Below, piece after piece: positions 52,075-64,000 of a stretch of DNA of 64,000 nt. Source of the DNA: Dicyema japonicum (taxonomy: Eukaryota; Animalia; Dicyemida). Below the pieces are notes generated by a model. That model did no database searches and was not told the DNA's origin. It saw only the letters and a list, made by a program, of their open reading frames with translations. Position 1 is the stretch's first letter. The number at the start of each line of letters is the position of its first letter. The position numbers were made by a program, and so were the translations under genes. The DNA lies in assembly GCA_011109175.1 (NCBI GenBank), contig RDEW01000096.1, positions 1 through 64,000 on the forward strand, read 5' to 3'.

Positions 52075-52630
52075 CGAGCGCTACTTGCAACTATGCGCTA
52101 CCTGCAATATCGATTTTTTGAATCTATAAAAATTGTTCTTTTGGACTAAAATTCTAATTTTTAGTAAGATAAAATATTAATTTTATTGTATAAAATTATC
52201 ATAAACTATTAATACTAATTTGAATTATTATGTCACGCTTGTTTGTTAAGACTTGTTATTCTGGAAGGTGGCTTGAATATGATAATCTCAAAATTATTCT
52301 GGAAGGAGGCTTACCTTCTGATGTGCCTGTATATGCTATGTGCAGGATCCGAAAAAAGTCCAAGAGCTTCGTACTTAAAGGAGGAAGAATGAATCTAAAA
52401 GACCCAGAAGGCGATAAATTGGTTATTGTTTCGGACAACGTTGAGGAAATGAAGTTTGTCGCTACTCAAATTCATGATTTAACACATTGTGGCCAAAACA
52501 TCCTAGAAACATTGTAAAGAACGATATATTCTTCCTTCGATTTCTTTGTCCTCAACAAACGTGGTATCAAAAGAACTACAGAACAAATCTTTATTGCATG
52601 CTCGGTCTTCGATAATCTTAAAAATCAGTC
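52075..52630 (+). mobile_element. Ginger/GIN-like transposon 5' remnant (putative TIR plus integrase N-terminus with H2C2 finger)
   Basis: A 36-bp motif is shared with 21330-21365; ORF 52230-52517 ends IHDLTHCGQN, followed by a degenerate CSVF. Confidence 0.5.
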
Positions 52631-53206
52631 CTAACAGAAATTGAACCAAATTACAGTTAATCCTCCCGAATCCGCCACCAAAAAGTCAAAAATTACAGTT
52701 TTTCTAACAAAATTCTCGAATTAACAGAATTTCCAAATTAACATATCTTTTAGATGAACCTGAGAAACAGTTAGAATAACACGGGATTTCTTTAGGGATT
52801 CAGTCATTACTCTGCTTTAGTCACCCAGGGGTCCTTCATCATCCACCACTATTGTAGACAGATATCAGCAATCACATAAAATGTCGCTATTTTCTCTTCA
52901 ACAGTTACCCCCACTAATAAAATATAAGTGCATGTATATCTCTTAAGATTTGTTTTTTAGGAATGTGACTATTTGATGGAATAAACGCTGCTTTGAACGG
53001 ATTTATAATTAGAGTCGTTCTAATCTTTTTAGGCTAATTTTAACTCGGAATGAAAAAAATGAAACTTGATTTTGTGATCATTTTGAGCAACACCCAATGA
53101 TGTGAGCAACTATTAATCATTTATTAATGGTATTGTAAATGAGAAAACAAACTTTTATACGGTAGGAGAATGTGTGAGATACATTTTATATCTTTTTAAA
53201 AATTAT

Positions 53207-53287
53207 GACGATGTGGCCGAGTGGTTAAGGCGGCGGACTGCTAATCCGTTGGGGTTTCCCGCGTGGGTTCGAATCCCACCGTCGTCG
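53207..53287 (+). tRNA. tRNA-Ser(GCT): tRNA-Ser (anticodon GCT)
   Basis: Acceptor GACGATG/CGTCGTC, D-arm TGGCCGAGTGGTTAAGG, anticodon loop CTGCTAA, long variable arm, T-arm GTGGGTTCGAATCCCAC, T-rich 3' flank. Confidence 0.97.
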
Positions 53288-55589
53288 TTTAAATTTTTAA
53301 ACTTGCATTTTAATAAATCGTTTAATGTTGGGTCTGTATGGATAGCCAGATTAATTTAACTTCTCGAAATTGTCAACATCCAACTGTTTCTATAATTAAA
53401 TAAATGAGATTAAACAAAATAAAGAAACAATCATACCTCGATCTCAATGGCTGCGTGGCTATTCACTCTTAAAATGGCGAAGGGGGATTCACCCAAATAC
53501 CGCGGAAATCTATTGTTCGTTTAGAAATCTATTCCCTAGGCAACTCAGGAATTCGACCGTCGCAGGAGCAAGTGTACCAGACGTTTCAACCACGAGCGGT
53601 ACAAAAAAATATCCCCGTTAGGACTGGGCAATTATTTTTATACATTTGTTTGTATACAAGGAAACATTTCGACACAAATAATAATAAAATGTCAAAAAGT
53701 GGATTCTTCTTAGCTGATTCTTTACAAAATAAAAATTAATTTTTAATCTTTTTTATTAAATTAATCAATCATATCCGATTTTAAATAGACGGGAAATATG
53801 TATCTCTTCCAAACGTTCACCCAACTCACTTTCCAAGTTCCAATCACTTTCCAAGAGACTCACTAAACTCATTCTACAAGTTATATTTTTTTAAATTATA
53901 GCTTATTATTATATATAATTTTATAAATATTTGTCGTTTTCTAATGAGATTATTATTAAAAAAAATTATTTTTTGCAAGCGTTACACCAACGGTGCCGTT
54001 ACATCTTTGGATTGTCATATCACATGTAACCAATCATTATACCTGTCGACTTAATGTTTTAATTTGTTGCCGTAGACGGTCTAGAACCACTCTCAAGTCC
54101 CCTAATGGGTCACAAAGCGCTGACCTTGCTGAGCTACTTCCACTTGCGACAGGAGAAAAAAAAGATTTACACACTCATAGTTTCTCACGTTGAACATAAA
54201 GATCGAGGAATTTCCAGTGCAACTATGAGCATCTGGTGGAACCAAGATGAAGTCACTGCTATTTTTATTTTATGTTCTTTGGAATTTTCATTTTATTTCA
54301 TTAAAACACCTTATGGCAGCGTTGCCCCTTCCAAAACCTAAAATAAACAAATATTCAACTAAATTCTATTCTTCAAGTTCTTTTTTTAGCAATCTTTTCC
54401 ATGACCTCATCTGACCCCCTCGACAAAAAAAGAGGTTCATTTACTTAAAACACAAGTTTAAGGATCTTTTCATCTAATGGTTCTATCTTTTTCTTAATAT
54501 TGGAGAACAAATCCTAAAATATGCCAATTTCTCTTCAAACTTGTCAATGAATTGATTTTTTCACAAAAATTGTCATTTTTAAATAAAAATCAATTCTATC
54601 CTGAGGGACATGCGGTTAATCCTGGCTCGTCTACTATGTGGACACTACCCCTATCCACCGATGTACGTAAACTGGAGGATATAAAAGATTTCATCTGTTC
54701 CCTCTACAATGTTTTTGAATTGATAGAAAATTACATTTTCGAATGTTATGAACCACCATGTGTTCGTTTTCTCTGCCAAAGTTGATCGATCTATGATTAC
54801 GACCGACATTTGCTGCATCTCACTTAATGTTGTGTCTCCTACATGTTAGTGAAGCTGAAGTTATGGACTTCTGGAACTGTTACCTCTCCAATGCTCCCTG
54901 AGTCCTTAATACTTTTACCCAAAGAACATGCCATGTGACTACGATCATCCAGTTATACGCCGATATAGGCTTTTATGGATTCGGTTGAATTCTCTGTTGA
55001 AGCATGCCAGGACCACGTGAGTAGTTAGTTAGGTGTTACCGTCGTCTTTATAATTTTTCATGTGTGTAAAAATAGTTTAACTTTTAATTTCATAAATGTC
55101 TCCTTTCAATATTAAAACACCAACAATCATTTAACCTAAAATACAAACAAAGTTAGTTATACATCTGCTCAGCTTTGTGAGAGAATTTTGTATACAATTG
55201 TGGAAGTAATGGATTTGTGATCTATTAATATCCGTAACTATAATATATAAACATTTGGGACTCCAGTTGAAACACCTCAGAGGGACCTCTAACTGATTTA
55301 TGATTACTTAAAGAGTGATTATTGGCATTGCTGCTAGTAACACTTTTTTTTCATCTTTTGCCAAGTGGTTGATTGATCTGACATTGCGGAGCTGACGTGC
55401 TTCTTCCTATAAATCCATGTCTTCCTTCTCGAAAGTGTGGAAACGGTGATGAACTCAAAATACCTCAGAAACCGAAAGTTCTTTTAGACGGAAGAGTTTT
55501 CATAATGGTAATGTTCACTATTTGAATTGATCAAGGAGAGAGCCAGTATTTAATATTTTTATAAACAAATGTGTTTATTATTAAACAAG

Positions 55590-55880
55590 ATTAACAAATC
55601 TCCATCTGCCTAGGGATTCTAAGCATTGATAGTGATTCCAAGACCCTGAGAGAACCATCTTCGTTCACGAAGGTCTCTGAGATCGTTCATGATTGCATTT
55701 TCAATTTTATTGGTGACTACTTTAACAATTTTCTAACCGCTCCAGAGGTTTCGAAGGCGATTGGGAATAAATGAAAACGATATTCAAAGGCCGAGTACTT
55801 TTTCAATTTCCTCTGTTCGCAGAATCAGCATCTGGGCATTTGGAATGGCAAGGAAATACAAAACGAGAAGCGGTAAGCGA
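55590..55880 (-). mobile_element. CRE 3' (RLE) fragment
   Basis: RKLKKYSAFEYRFHLFPIAFETSGA..DLRERRWFSQGLGI matches the C-terminus of the other CRE copies. Confidence 0.65.
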
Positions 55881-56772
55881 GTTTTTTGATTGAAAATAAA
55901 AGATTTTTTGATTGAACAGTCTTCTACGCTAGATAGCCATTGAAGTCTCATTACTCTGAAATAATAATAAATAAGCACAACCACGTTGCCATAAGCACGT
56001 AAGATGCCTAGGGTTTCGCTCGTGCAGAATATACACTTTATTTAAGTAAAAACAGTTATAACTAATCGTAGAGGGAGAACCAAGGAATGCTCTTCACTTC
56101 TTTGTTTTTTCTTTTTCTTGTGTGTATGTCCTTTTGACTAGGGTGGTGCTAAAGTGGCTTTGGTCACGGGTTCGATTCTCGGTGCTGTTTACCTGGTGGA
56201 AGGTTCCACGCATCTACGATGCGGAAAAAGCTTGATGAATGACGCCGTCATCAGTGGAGATTCACTGCGGAACTGGATAGTCTCATTACTCTGTGTTGCT
56301 GAAAGAAATGTTGGATGCACCCAAACAGGTAACGATGATCCTCAAAGAAAACAAAAACTACTGACTAAGCTGACCAACATCACCTCGTTACTTGTCTAAC
56401 TTTGAAGGGTTCTTAAGAACTAGAGGTTTCCTTCTTCTGTGCTTCCTGGGGTCCCTTTATCTATTGAACAAATTTAATGAAGATCACCAATCAATAGGGG
56501 GATTTACGGATATATGGAAAGGTTACCTCTTCAAAACCTCTGGGTTTCTTAATCCGCATGAAAGGTGGAGTGGGCCTGTGCAACTAAGAGTATCTAGTGG
56601 TACGGACTATTTTTTTATCCTATGGAAAGGAATACAATCTCCGGTTCGAGGTCCTTTCGATCATGGTCACCGATGACCATCCGTAATTGTCAAGCTAGAT
56701 TCCTATGTCTAATGCACACAACTATAAAGCACGTGCTAAAATACCAAAACAACTCTCAATATTTTGTAATAA

Positions 56773-58277
56773 TTAAAGCGCTAAAATAATTAACGAGGCC
56801 ACCCAATGCAATGAGAAGCCAAGGGACCTTCAATAATAAATACTCCCACCAGTAAATTTCAAATATGCGAGTAAATGTGAGGACAATATAAGGAAGGGAG
56901 ATATACCCAATAGAAGCCAAAGTCCAGAGGGTGTGTACAGATTTTGATAATATTGTGGGGATGTTTGAACTTTTAGCAAACTTATACATCTACACGTGCA
57001 CAAATCATGTACTTTTATGCTGCTGTGGGTGAATGCGTAGAAATTTATGGCCATGATTAGGTATCCAGGGTACACTCCGTGCCAGACAGCGCAAAACAGG
57101 AACAGTTTGATCCGTTTATGCGGAATATTTCTACTGTAGATGATATATTTGAGCCATTTCACCGTGCACGTGTTCCAACAGGACACGGCTTTTGTGATTG
57201 ACGTGGCGAACTGAGTTTGAACCTTAAAATACCTCGAAACCTCGAATATCGACGTTTGTCGTCAATGACCACGTGTCTGTGTCTCCATCGTAGCCAAACC
57301 CAGTCAGATTGAACAGTCCGTCACCTAAAATAAGACACGTGGCATACACAACAACCAGAAGAAGTAATGGCGGAGTCGGACAGAAAAAACGCACAAACAC
57401 GCGCATAAATGAAACCGAAAAAATGAAAAAACAGAATTTATCTCCGTTGATTCGGCTATGGAATATAAAATCCGTGAAACCGTAAATCCACCGAGGATCT
57501 CAAAGTTCTTAAACAACATGAGCGAATTGAACAAAACAAATGAAGAAACCACCTTCACAGTCACAGTTTTTAAGCAAAATTTTGGTTTCTTGGAAAAAAC
57601 GGGAAAGATTACTTGGTTGGATTCGAAGAAGTCGATGTAATCGTTGAAATGGAAGAAGGGACCCATGAACGTTCCGTGGAAGCTAAAAATATAAGCTAGA
57701 AACTGTAGCAAAGACGGAGTCTGCCTGAAAATAACTCATTTGGAGACCTGAGGACATATTTTTTGTTAGTCTCCTCAACCTCCTCATTGTAGAAGGCATC
57801 GTTGTAGGAAATTATCAGAGCCGTCAGTTTTTGCGTGGAGACCATAATCAGGCTATAATTAGCAACTAATCCCTACTTAGCGACACCGGTTGTGTCCAAG
57901 TTGTAGTATTCCCTTAACGTTTTCCTCAAATGGAGTCCCACCAAGTAGAAGAGACAGACAACAAACGTGCATGAGACTTTCCTGCTGTGGGGGATGTACA
58001 GGATGACCAGGTATACCAGGAGCGAGTGAGCTAGCAAGTGGAATCCTTCTCTATGAGTTCTAACGTAAGAAACAACAGGCCAAATTGGTTGATAGCGAGA
58101 ATTAATCCGGCAGATATACTGAAAATATAACGTAGGGTTAAGTTCTTGACCAAATCAAAGCAGATTATTCTATATATTACTGTTACTAGCACAAATCTGG
58201 AATAGAACTCGATTCCGTTAATCTGTGTATTAAATTTGTAAAACTTGTGTTATTAATGTTAAAAGTTTACAATTCAT
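56773..58277 (-). CDS. MBOAT1/2-like lysophospholipid acyltransferase, multi-exon; 5' exons approximate
   Basis: MVSTQKLT, PSLLQFLAYIF..FMGP, LRHYFFW, DGLFNLTGFG, WNTCTVKWLKYIIY, AVWHGVYPGY (catalytic His); 22-24-nt GT-AG introns. Confidence 0.88.
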
Positions 58278-58499
58278 AATTCGATTTGTGAACTTATTAT
58301 TATTTTAAATTAAATAAACTTTATTGTGAACTTGTATTTACTATTTTAGATTAAATAAAAATAAAACTTTTTTTAAATTATTTAAATTTCAAAAATTGAG
58401 TGGTTCACTCATAATAATTTCTTTGTGCTCCTCGAGGGAGGAGCATCGGGCCAAGATGAGGTCCCTGCTAGAGCGTACTGGGATCACGTGATTAAGAAA

Positions 58500-61030
58500 C
58501 ACCAACTGGCATGCGATCTAACAAAATATGACATCTCTGTCTGCTGTCTCCAAGATCCATAAACGACCTTACAATGCACAGAACTGTTTGACAAATTCTA
58601 CCTTTTAACCCTCCCGACATAATGGTCTCGAATTTGCAGTCCATCAGGACCTGATTGACTGTGCTACAAGAGTGCGGGCAGCATCTGACATTATAATGGA
58701 AATGGCGGACGAACTGGACTACCTAAGAACTAGCGCGCAACAGAAGATCATGGTCGAGGCTAACAGAGAGGATGATTTGGAATACGGTACAAGGAAACTT
58801 ACTACTTTTATGTTTTTTTCCGGAGTGCTTTTCAATAATACTACTTTGTCAAATGAACCCATCAAGGCTATTGTATCATTTGCACTGCATGTGTCTGTCT
58901 AAACGTAAAACTGAAAATTAAAGGAACACATTATTCTTAGGCAAAAATACAATCAACATACAGGAGAAAACAATAGTTAGATTTTTAGTCACTTTTTATT
59001 TTAGATGGACTTGAAGCATGTTATCCTCTTACATTTTACAATCATTGATTGTCCCCCAATGAATGGGATATTATCAACTTTATTGGTGTAGAATCTTCAG
59101 AGATTATGATAAAATGCTGAATTCTATCCATCGATTATAATGACTACTAACTCATAACTCAATTTGTCGGACACCCAGAGATCTTCGACTACGTCAATTA
59201 CGGTGGCTGAGATACATCGGTTCTGCAAAAGCTGAACAACAACAGGAGTCCGGACATTGTCGGTATCAACGGGGAACTTCTGAAACATTCGTTGCCCTCA
59301 CTGGCCTATCAACTATTTCTGATTATTCTGGAAAGGATTTCTCCTGTTGACGAATATCTGTCTCTGGGCCAAACTGGATTCAGAAGAGGAAGGTCCACGG
59401 CGGATATCGTATGGACACACAGATAAATATGTGCCATGACGCAGAGATTCCAGAAGGCTGTTCACATACAGAGGATTGGACGTTCAATACTGAACGCAGA
59501 GGAAAACTAATGTTACTTGGTACGTTGCTGGACGAAGACACTCAGGATGATCTGGGTCCTACTTGCGGACAGTGAAAACAAGTCTGAGTCGGTTCAGAAC
59601 GATTCCGTAAACTTGAGAAGCATATTGGCACTCTTCAAGCATGCTTTATCGCCATTACTAGCGTAGGGCGTTTGACTGCAAATATGTCACGAGCGATGAG
59701 AGTGATCCATCAATGTCACTCAATGTCAAAAATAATACAAAACTGTTAATTAACTATTATTTTCAGTGGTTCTGAATTTTTTAGTCGTTGTGAATGAACC
59801 ACTCCCATCTTCCTATTCACTCTTTTATAATACGAAGGCTGCAAATTTACCCTCTCAAAGTTAAACTGGAACTCATCATCCTATAAAAAACCTTTAGTTG
59901 TGTCTAGATTTTCTACAACTTCCTTCTTATATTAAAACTTTCTGGATTATCGTGAACATGATTCCACAAGAGTGTTAATCCAGGATACCACGATACTTTT
60001 TGGAATCGGTCAGAGACAACTCGCCTGGATAAAGCTTTTAAAAATTCTATCAATTGAGTTCTTCAGAAACTCAACCGATCAAAAAGAAAAAAAGTATTGA
60101 TTAACAATGATTTGAGATTTGATCAAACTAGTACTACTTATTCAAAAATTCAAAATTGACTGATTAGAAGAATAACGGAATTAGTTAACGAATCATTAAA
60201 TTGTTAATTACGTAAAGGATCAAGCAATGACAAAATGCAATGTGTCGGGACTCATTCTGGGGTAGGGACAGAAGATTCAGTCATCCAAAGACTCGCAAAA
60301 GATGACACGGATCAGTGAATTGCTTAATCAGCAGACGACTTGAATGGCACTAATCCGATCATTTATCTCCCAAAGTGATGCAATCCGGAAAGTAAATTCA
60401 CAGCGAAATATGTCCATAGAATTCACAGTCAGATGGGAGTAGGATTACTCTATAGTTTCCTGAACTTTCGTCAAGTCCTTCTCTGACCTTCGTTCTTGAA
60501 AACATCAGACTGAACATTGATACTTCTCAAGGTCCAGACATAGTTGATGCGTCCACCAGTCATTAACGACCCCTGGCGTTGAAGGTAGGGTGTAAAACAA
60601 GAATCATTAAAAAACGTATTCGACATGATTGTGGGAGATTTATAGTGAATGCAGTACGGCATCTTTTTATTTTATCATCATATTTGGTTGTATACGATGG
60701 TACTTGGGGAACATAAAAGAAAGATATGGAACAACTCGACTCATTTCAGAGGCCAACTAACAAAATTCCTTAAATATTCTGGCCAAAGAAAATCCCAAAC
60801 AATAAATTATACTGCCTGATTATGGACCAATAAGTCTGAATTTACTTGAAGCCCATATTCTACGGATTGGCGAAGAAACACCCTGCAATGTTGCCATGGA
60901 AGAATTATTCACCCATACTGAATTTTCTACATTCAGAGGACGTCCAAGAGATTATTAACGCAAGAATAGTCAAAAACATGGCACAAGCGAAACATGAACA
61001 CTGTTTACTGACAACGCGGACGTGGACTAA
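58500..61030 (+). mobile_element. Scattered RTE-like LINE fragments (APE 58500-58900, RT 59180-59700, 3' part 60650-61030)
   Basis: DLTKYDISVCCLQ; KLNNNRSPD..GINGELLK; QTGFRRGRSTADIVW; EQLDSF, WPKKI. Confidence 0.65.
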
Positions 61031-62018
61031 CTAACTATTTGGTTGTATTAGTTGACTCATTTGTCGAGTCTGTTTGTCTTCAAAATGATATGAAATAAAC
61101 GATTGAATCTTAGATTGACTAAAATAATATTTATCAGAGTTAACCCAATTGTGAAATGCTAAAAATAATTATAGCACATGAATCACTGTATGGTTGTGAA
61201 AAAAGATATTTCGAAGTTACAATCTATCCATATTTATATTTTTAAAGATTCATTATTGAGTAGGCTTTACTTAATTATATTTTGGCTGCTTATTATAATA
61301 ATTAAGGTTTATATGTCATAAGATGCACTTATGCTGTTAAGAGCACTTGAATGACCTGTGCCTTACAATATTCTTTGTTGAATAGACAGATTTATCAATA
61401 TAGACAAAAGCATTACTAGAGAGGTGTAACCACTCAACCAACAATTTTAGTAACAAAACACCAAAGAGACACATTGAGAGACAATCGCTTATATGCTGTT
61501 TACATGGAAGGAGAATGACACCAGAGGGTCAAAATTCACTCCAATATTTTTGAGCGAAGTTTATATTTTAATCTTCTTTAAGTCTTCGAAGAGTGGAATA
61601 AACTCAGGAAGACTTTTCAGGGTACACCTCAGAGTCTGTTTGAGACCAATTGGATCTCAACAAGAAATAACTGTATTTTTGTTGTGAATTTTAATCCCAC
61701 TTGGAATTAGCAGTGGACATGAAATGATTTTTTTGCAAGCTTATTTCACACTATGACTTTTCACCAGAGTGGTTTATCGGCCAGAGGTTGATATGGTGGC
61801 GTACCTTTACTGCACGAAATGTCTACTAAGCTTCATGATGGGTGAATCTTTTTCTCGTGGCCATGGAAGAAGAAGTGAACTCTGGAGACATCTGAAACTT
61901 GATGATTGTAGCCAAGAAGTAAGTGACGGATGAGTAAAGTATCCGGGTTTAAATCCCGACTACACCAAGAGATAAAGATCATGCAGCAATAAATACAAGT
62001 AAATACAACTTAGTCCAC

Positions 62019-63330
62019 TTAGAATCCGATTTCATACACTATTGGGTTGGTTTTGCCGTGCATAAGAGGATAAACGTGTGCGAGCACACAAGATGAACGA
62101 TCTACTTTCAGTAATGGAAATACGGGAGTATTATTTTTAATAACCCAGGATATACGTGAAATAGTAATATCCAGTTCCCCAGGTTGGAGTGAGACGTATC
62201 CTTTACAAGAATCACGGCCTTTCCAAGTATCCGCCTTTATGGGAAGCTTCCATTTAAGTATAGAAGAGAGGGATCCATTCTGCGTCTCCCGAGTTAGGTG
62301 AATACAATGACGCATCTAGGAATTGAAAAGGCAAAAATCAGAGATGAATCATTAAAGCAAAGGTAATGTTATGAGAATCCGGTCGGTCGGATCTGGGACA
62401 GGGCGGCACGTGGGAATTTTAATGACTCTCTAATAGTGCTTTGAAAAAAGCTAGCGGTTAATAGAAAAGATATTAGTAAACTTAGGGGAGGGGGTAGTAG
62501 AGAAGATGGTTCGAACTTGAAGGAGGTCGAATCTATCGTGTATTTAAACTACAACCAGCATGTTTGAGATAAAGCTCGAAGTTAAGAATATTCCGAGGGG
62601 ACTGAGTCGGTTCGGAATTTAAGATTTGATTATCACTGGATTGTCCTCGGTTGCTAATATGTCCACTCTTATTGCCATCACTCGGTTCAACTTGAGTCTC
62701 AAAGTCCATGTAAATTGCATCTCGGTTGACTTTCTTGATATTTCTATTTTGGAGAATTACTGTGAGTCGAGTTGGCTTTGTTGGTTGGGAGTTCACAATC
62801 TTCTCGCAGTTTCACAACTTGGGGTGATTCAGAGTTCGAAAATTTGGAGCTATAAAGATTTTTTCGAATAGTGAAAATTTCAGAATCATGTTGATTCCCT
62901 TTATCATTGGAAACCATACCTTGGGGTTTCGATCCCCCCAGGGAATCGAAGATTTTAATTGCTTCGGCGACTCTCGGCTCGGGCATATTTTTTTCTTCTT
63001 ATTCCGTGGTTCAACTGTGCCATTTGAGAATTAACAGCGTAAATCCAATGTAAGCTCTTTATATTATCGACAACAAATAGACTTATGTAAGCTATAATTA
63101 TATCTGCCCGCTTGGATTATTATCGCTTACACTCTCTCTATTTGACCCAGGTTCGTTAGATACCAAGATCTTCGATTCCCCTCATTGGTTCATTTATTAG
63201 TTTAAATCACAAGCGTACGTGGACGGCTACGGAATGTTTCTCCATATGTTTCGAAGTAGACACTGACATTGAAAATTATACTTCAATTTACTGCAGGAAA
63301 ATATAAAAACGAGAAAACTGAGTGCTAGAA
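62019..63330 (-). CDS. Possible multi-exon gene of unknown function
   Basis: Consecutive minus-strand open frames (62019-62315, 62533-62796, 62744-63100) separated by candidate short GT-AG introns; no recognised domain. Confidence 0.3.
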
Positions 63331-64000
63331 CCGATTCAGTCATCCTTACTTCAAACGCATGGTAGAAGTCGGTTGGCAAGCTTTACCGTTTCGTACTACT
63401 TCCCCATAACTTAATTAGCAGTTTTTACTTTACTTACTTTAAACTCCTTTTAAGTCTTATGAGTCATGACCATTTAACCCAATTTCATTTTATGTTTGAA
63501 AATTCCTTGCGTTAACTAAATTGTAGCAAAAATGGGAATTTTCGAGGTGGTCAGCCTCTGCCAATTACCAACCCCTCGATCCCCAAGAGCCGAGTTCAAC
63601 TTACTCCGTCAGCAATGATCGGCCAAAATGAACCGAAACGTGATGCATAGAGCAAAGGAGTCAGTGCACATTAAATCCAATCTTCTTATTCCCGTGATCA
63701 AGGGTGGGAGATCGACCAAAGACAGTTACCCAGTTGAACCTAACCACGTGTAATAGATAATATTAAACAAATCTTTCAACAAATATGCTAATTATAATAT
63801 TATAATAATTCTAATTGATGACTATATGTGAATGATTCTGGCTTTCAGCAGTCTCCGGACACTCCTGACAACTCAGCCAGCTATCCCACCGTTCCCTGGA
63901 AGAGCCTCAAAAGAACTCTCCCGGAATGTCTTCCTTCGGGACTGATCGACATTCCTTCATATAAGAAATTTTGTTTCCAAATAAGTTTTTTGGATTTTTG

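Noticed and set aside
18962-53860. Small local duplications (18962-19005, 42190-42250, 49504-49545, 53823-53853)
   Set aside because: Two-copy slippage duplications with no further structure.
53990-55050. Short ORFs at 53993-54341 and 54552-54785
   Set aside because: No recognisable motifs or consistent exon chain.
61907-61967. tRNA-like tgtagcc...ccgggtttaaatcccgactacacca
   Set aside because: Only ~60 nt, mismatched acceptor stem, no valid D or anticodon arm, and TTTAAAT instead of TTCRA; at most a decayed relic.
1-64000. Prokaryotic or viral systems (operons, CRISPR-Cas, retrons, DGRs)
   Set aside because: All RTs carry non-LTR retrotransposon motifs, the genes have spliceosomal introns, and there is no operon-like organisation.

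Overview
AT-rich eukaryotic (animal-type) scaffold segment. A few host genes lie among dense retrotransposon and DNA-transposon debris. The host genes I can reconstruct by eye are all on the minus strand: ARL13-like GTPase, MTHFS, a kinesin-5-like gene, an MBOAT1/2-like acyltransferase and a 79-aa orphan. There is also a tRNA-Ser(GCT) on the plus strand. Most introns are GT-AG and 21-28 nt long. Together with the standard genetic code and a ciliary gene, this suggests a dicyemid-like parasite genome, but that is inference only. Mobile elements include RTE-like, BovB-like, R4-like, 2A-bearing APE/RT and CRE-clade LINEs, hAT/Buster and Ginger-like fragments, and a Mutator/foldback-type MITE. The most striking observations are four. 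(1) A near-intact PHD-RT-RLE CRE element is bracketed by a 12-bp TSD, and its left end is an inverted copy of its own 3' UTR plus poly(A), as twin priming would produce. (2) A kinesin-5 homologue keeps the P-loop but has lost switch I and switch II. (3) Two LINE copies carry 2A/StopGo-like motifs directly before the APE domain. (4) A 927-bp foldback element with modular TIRs and a 9-bp TSD splits a LINE. No database searches were run; all family calls rest on motif recognition.
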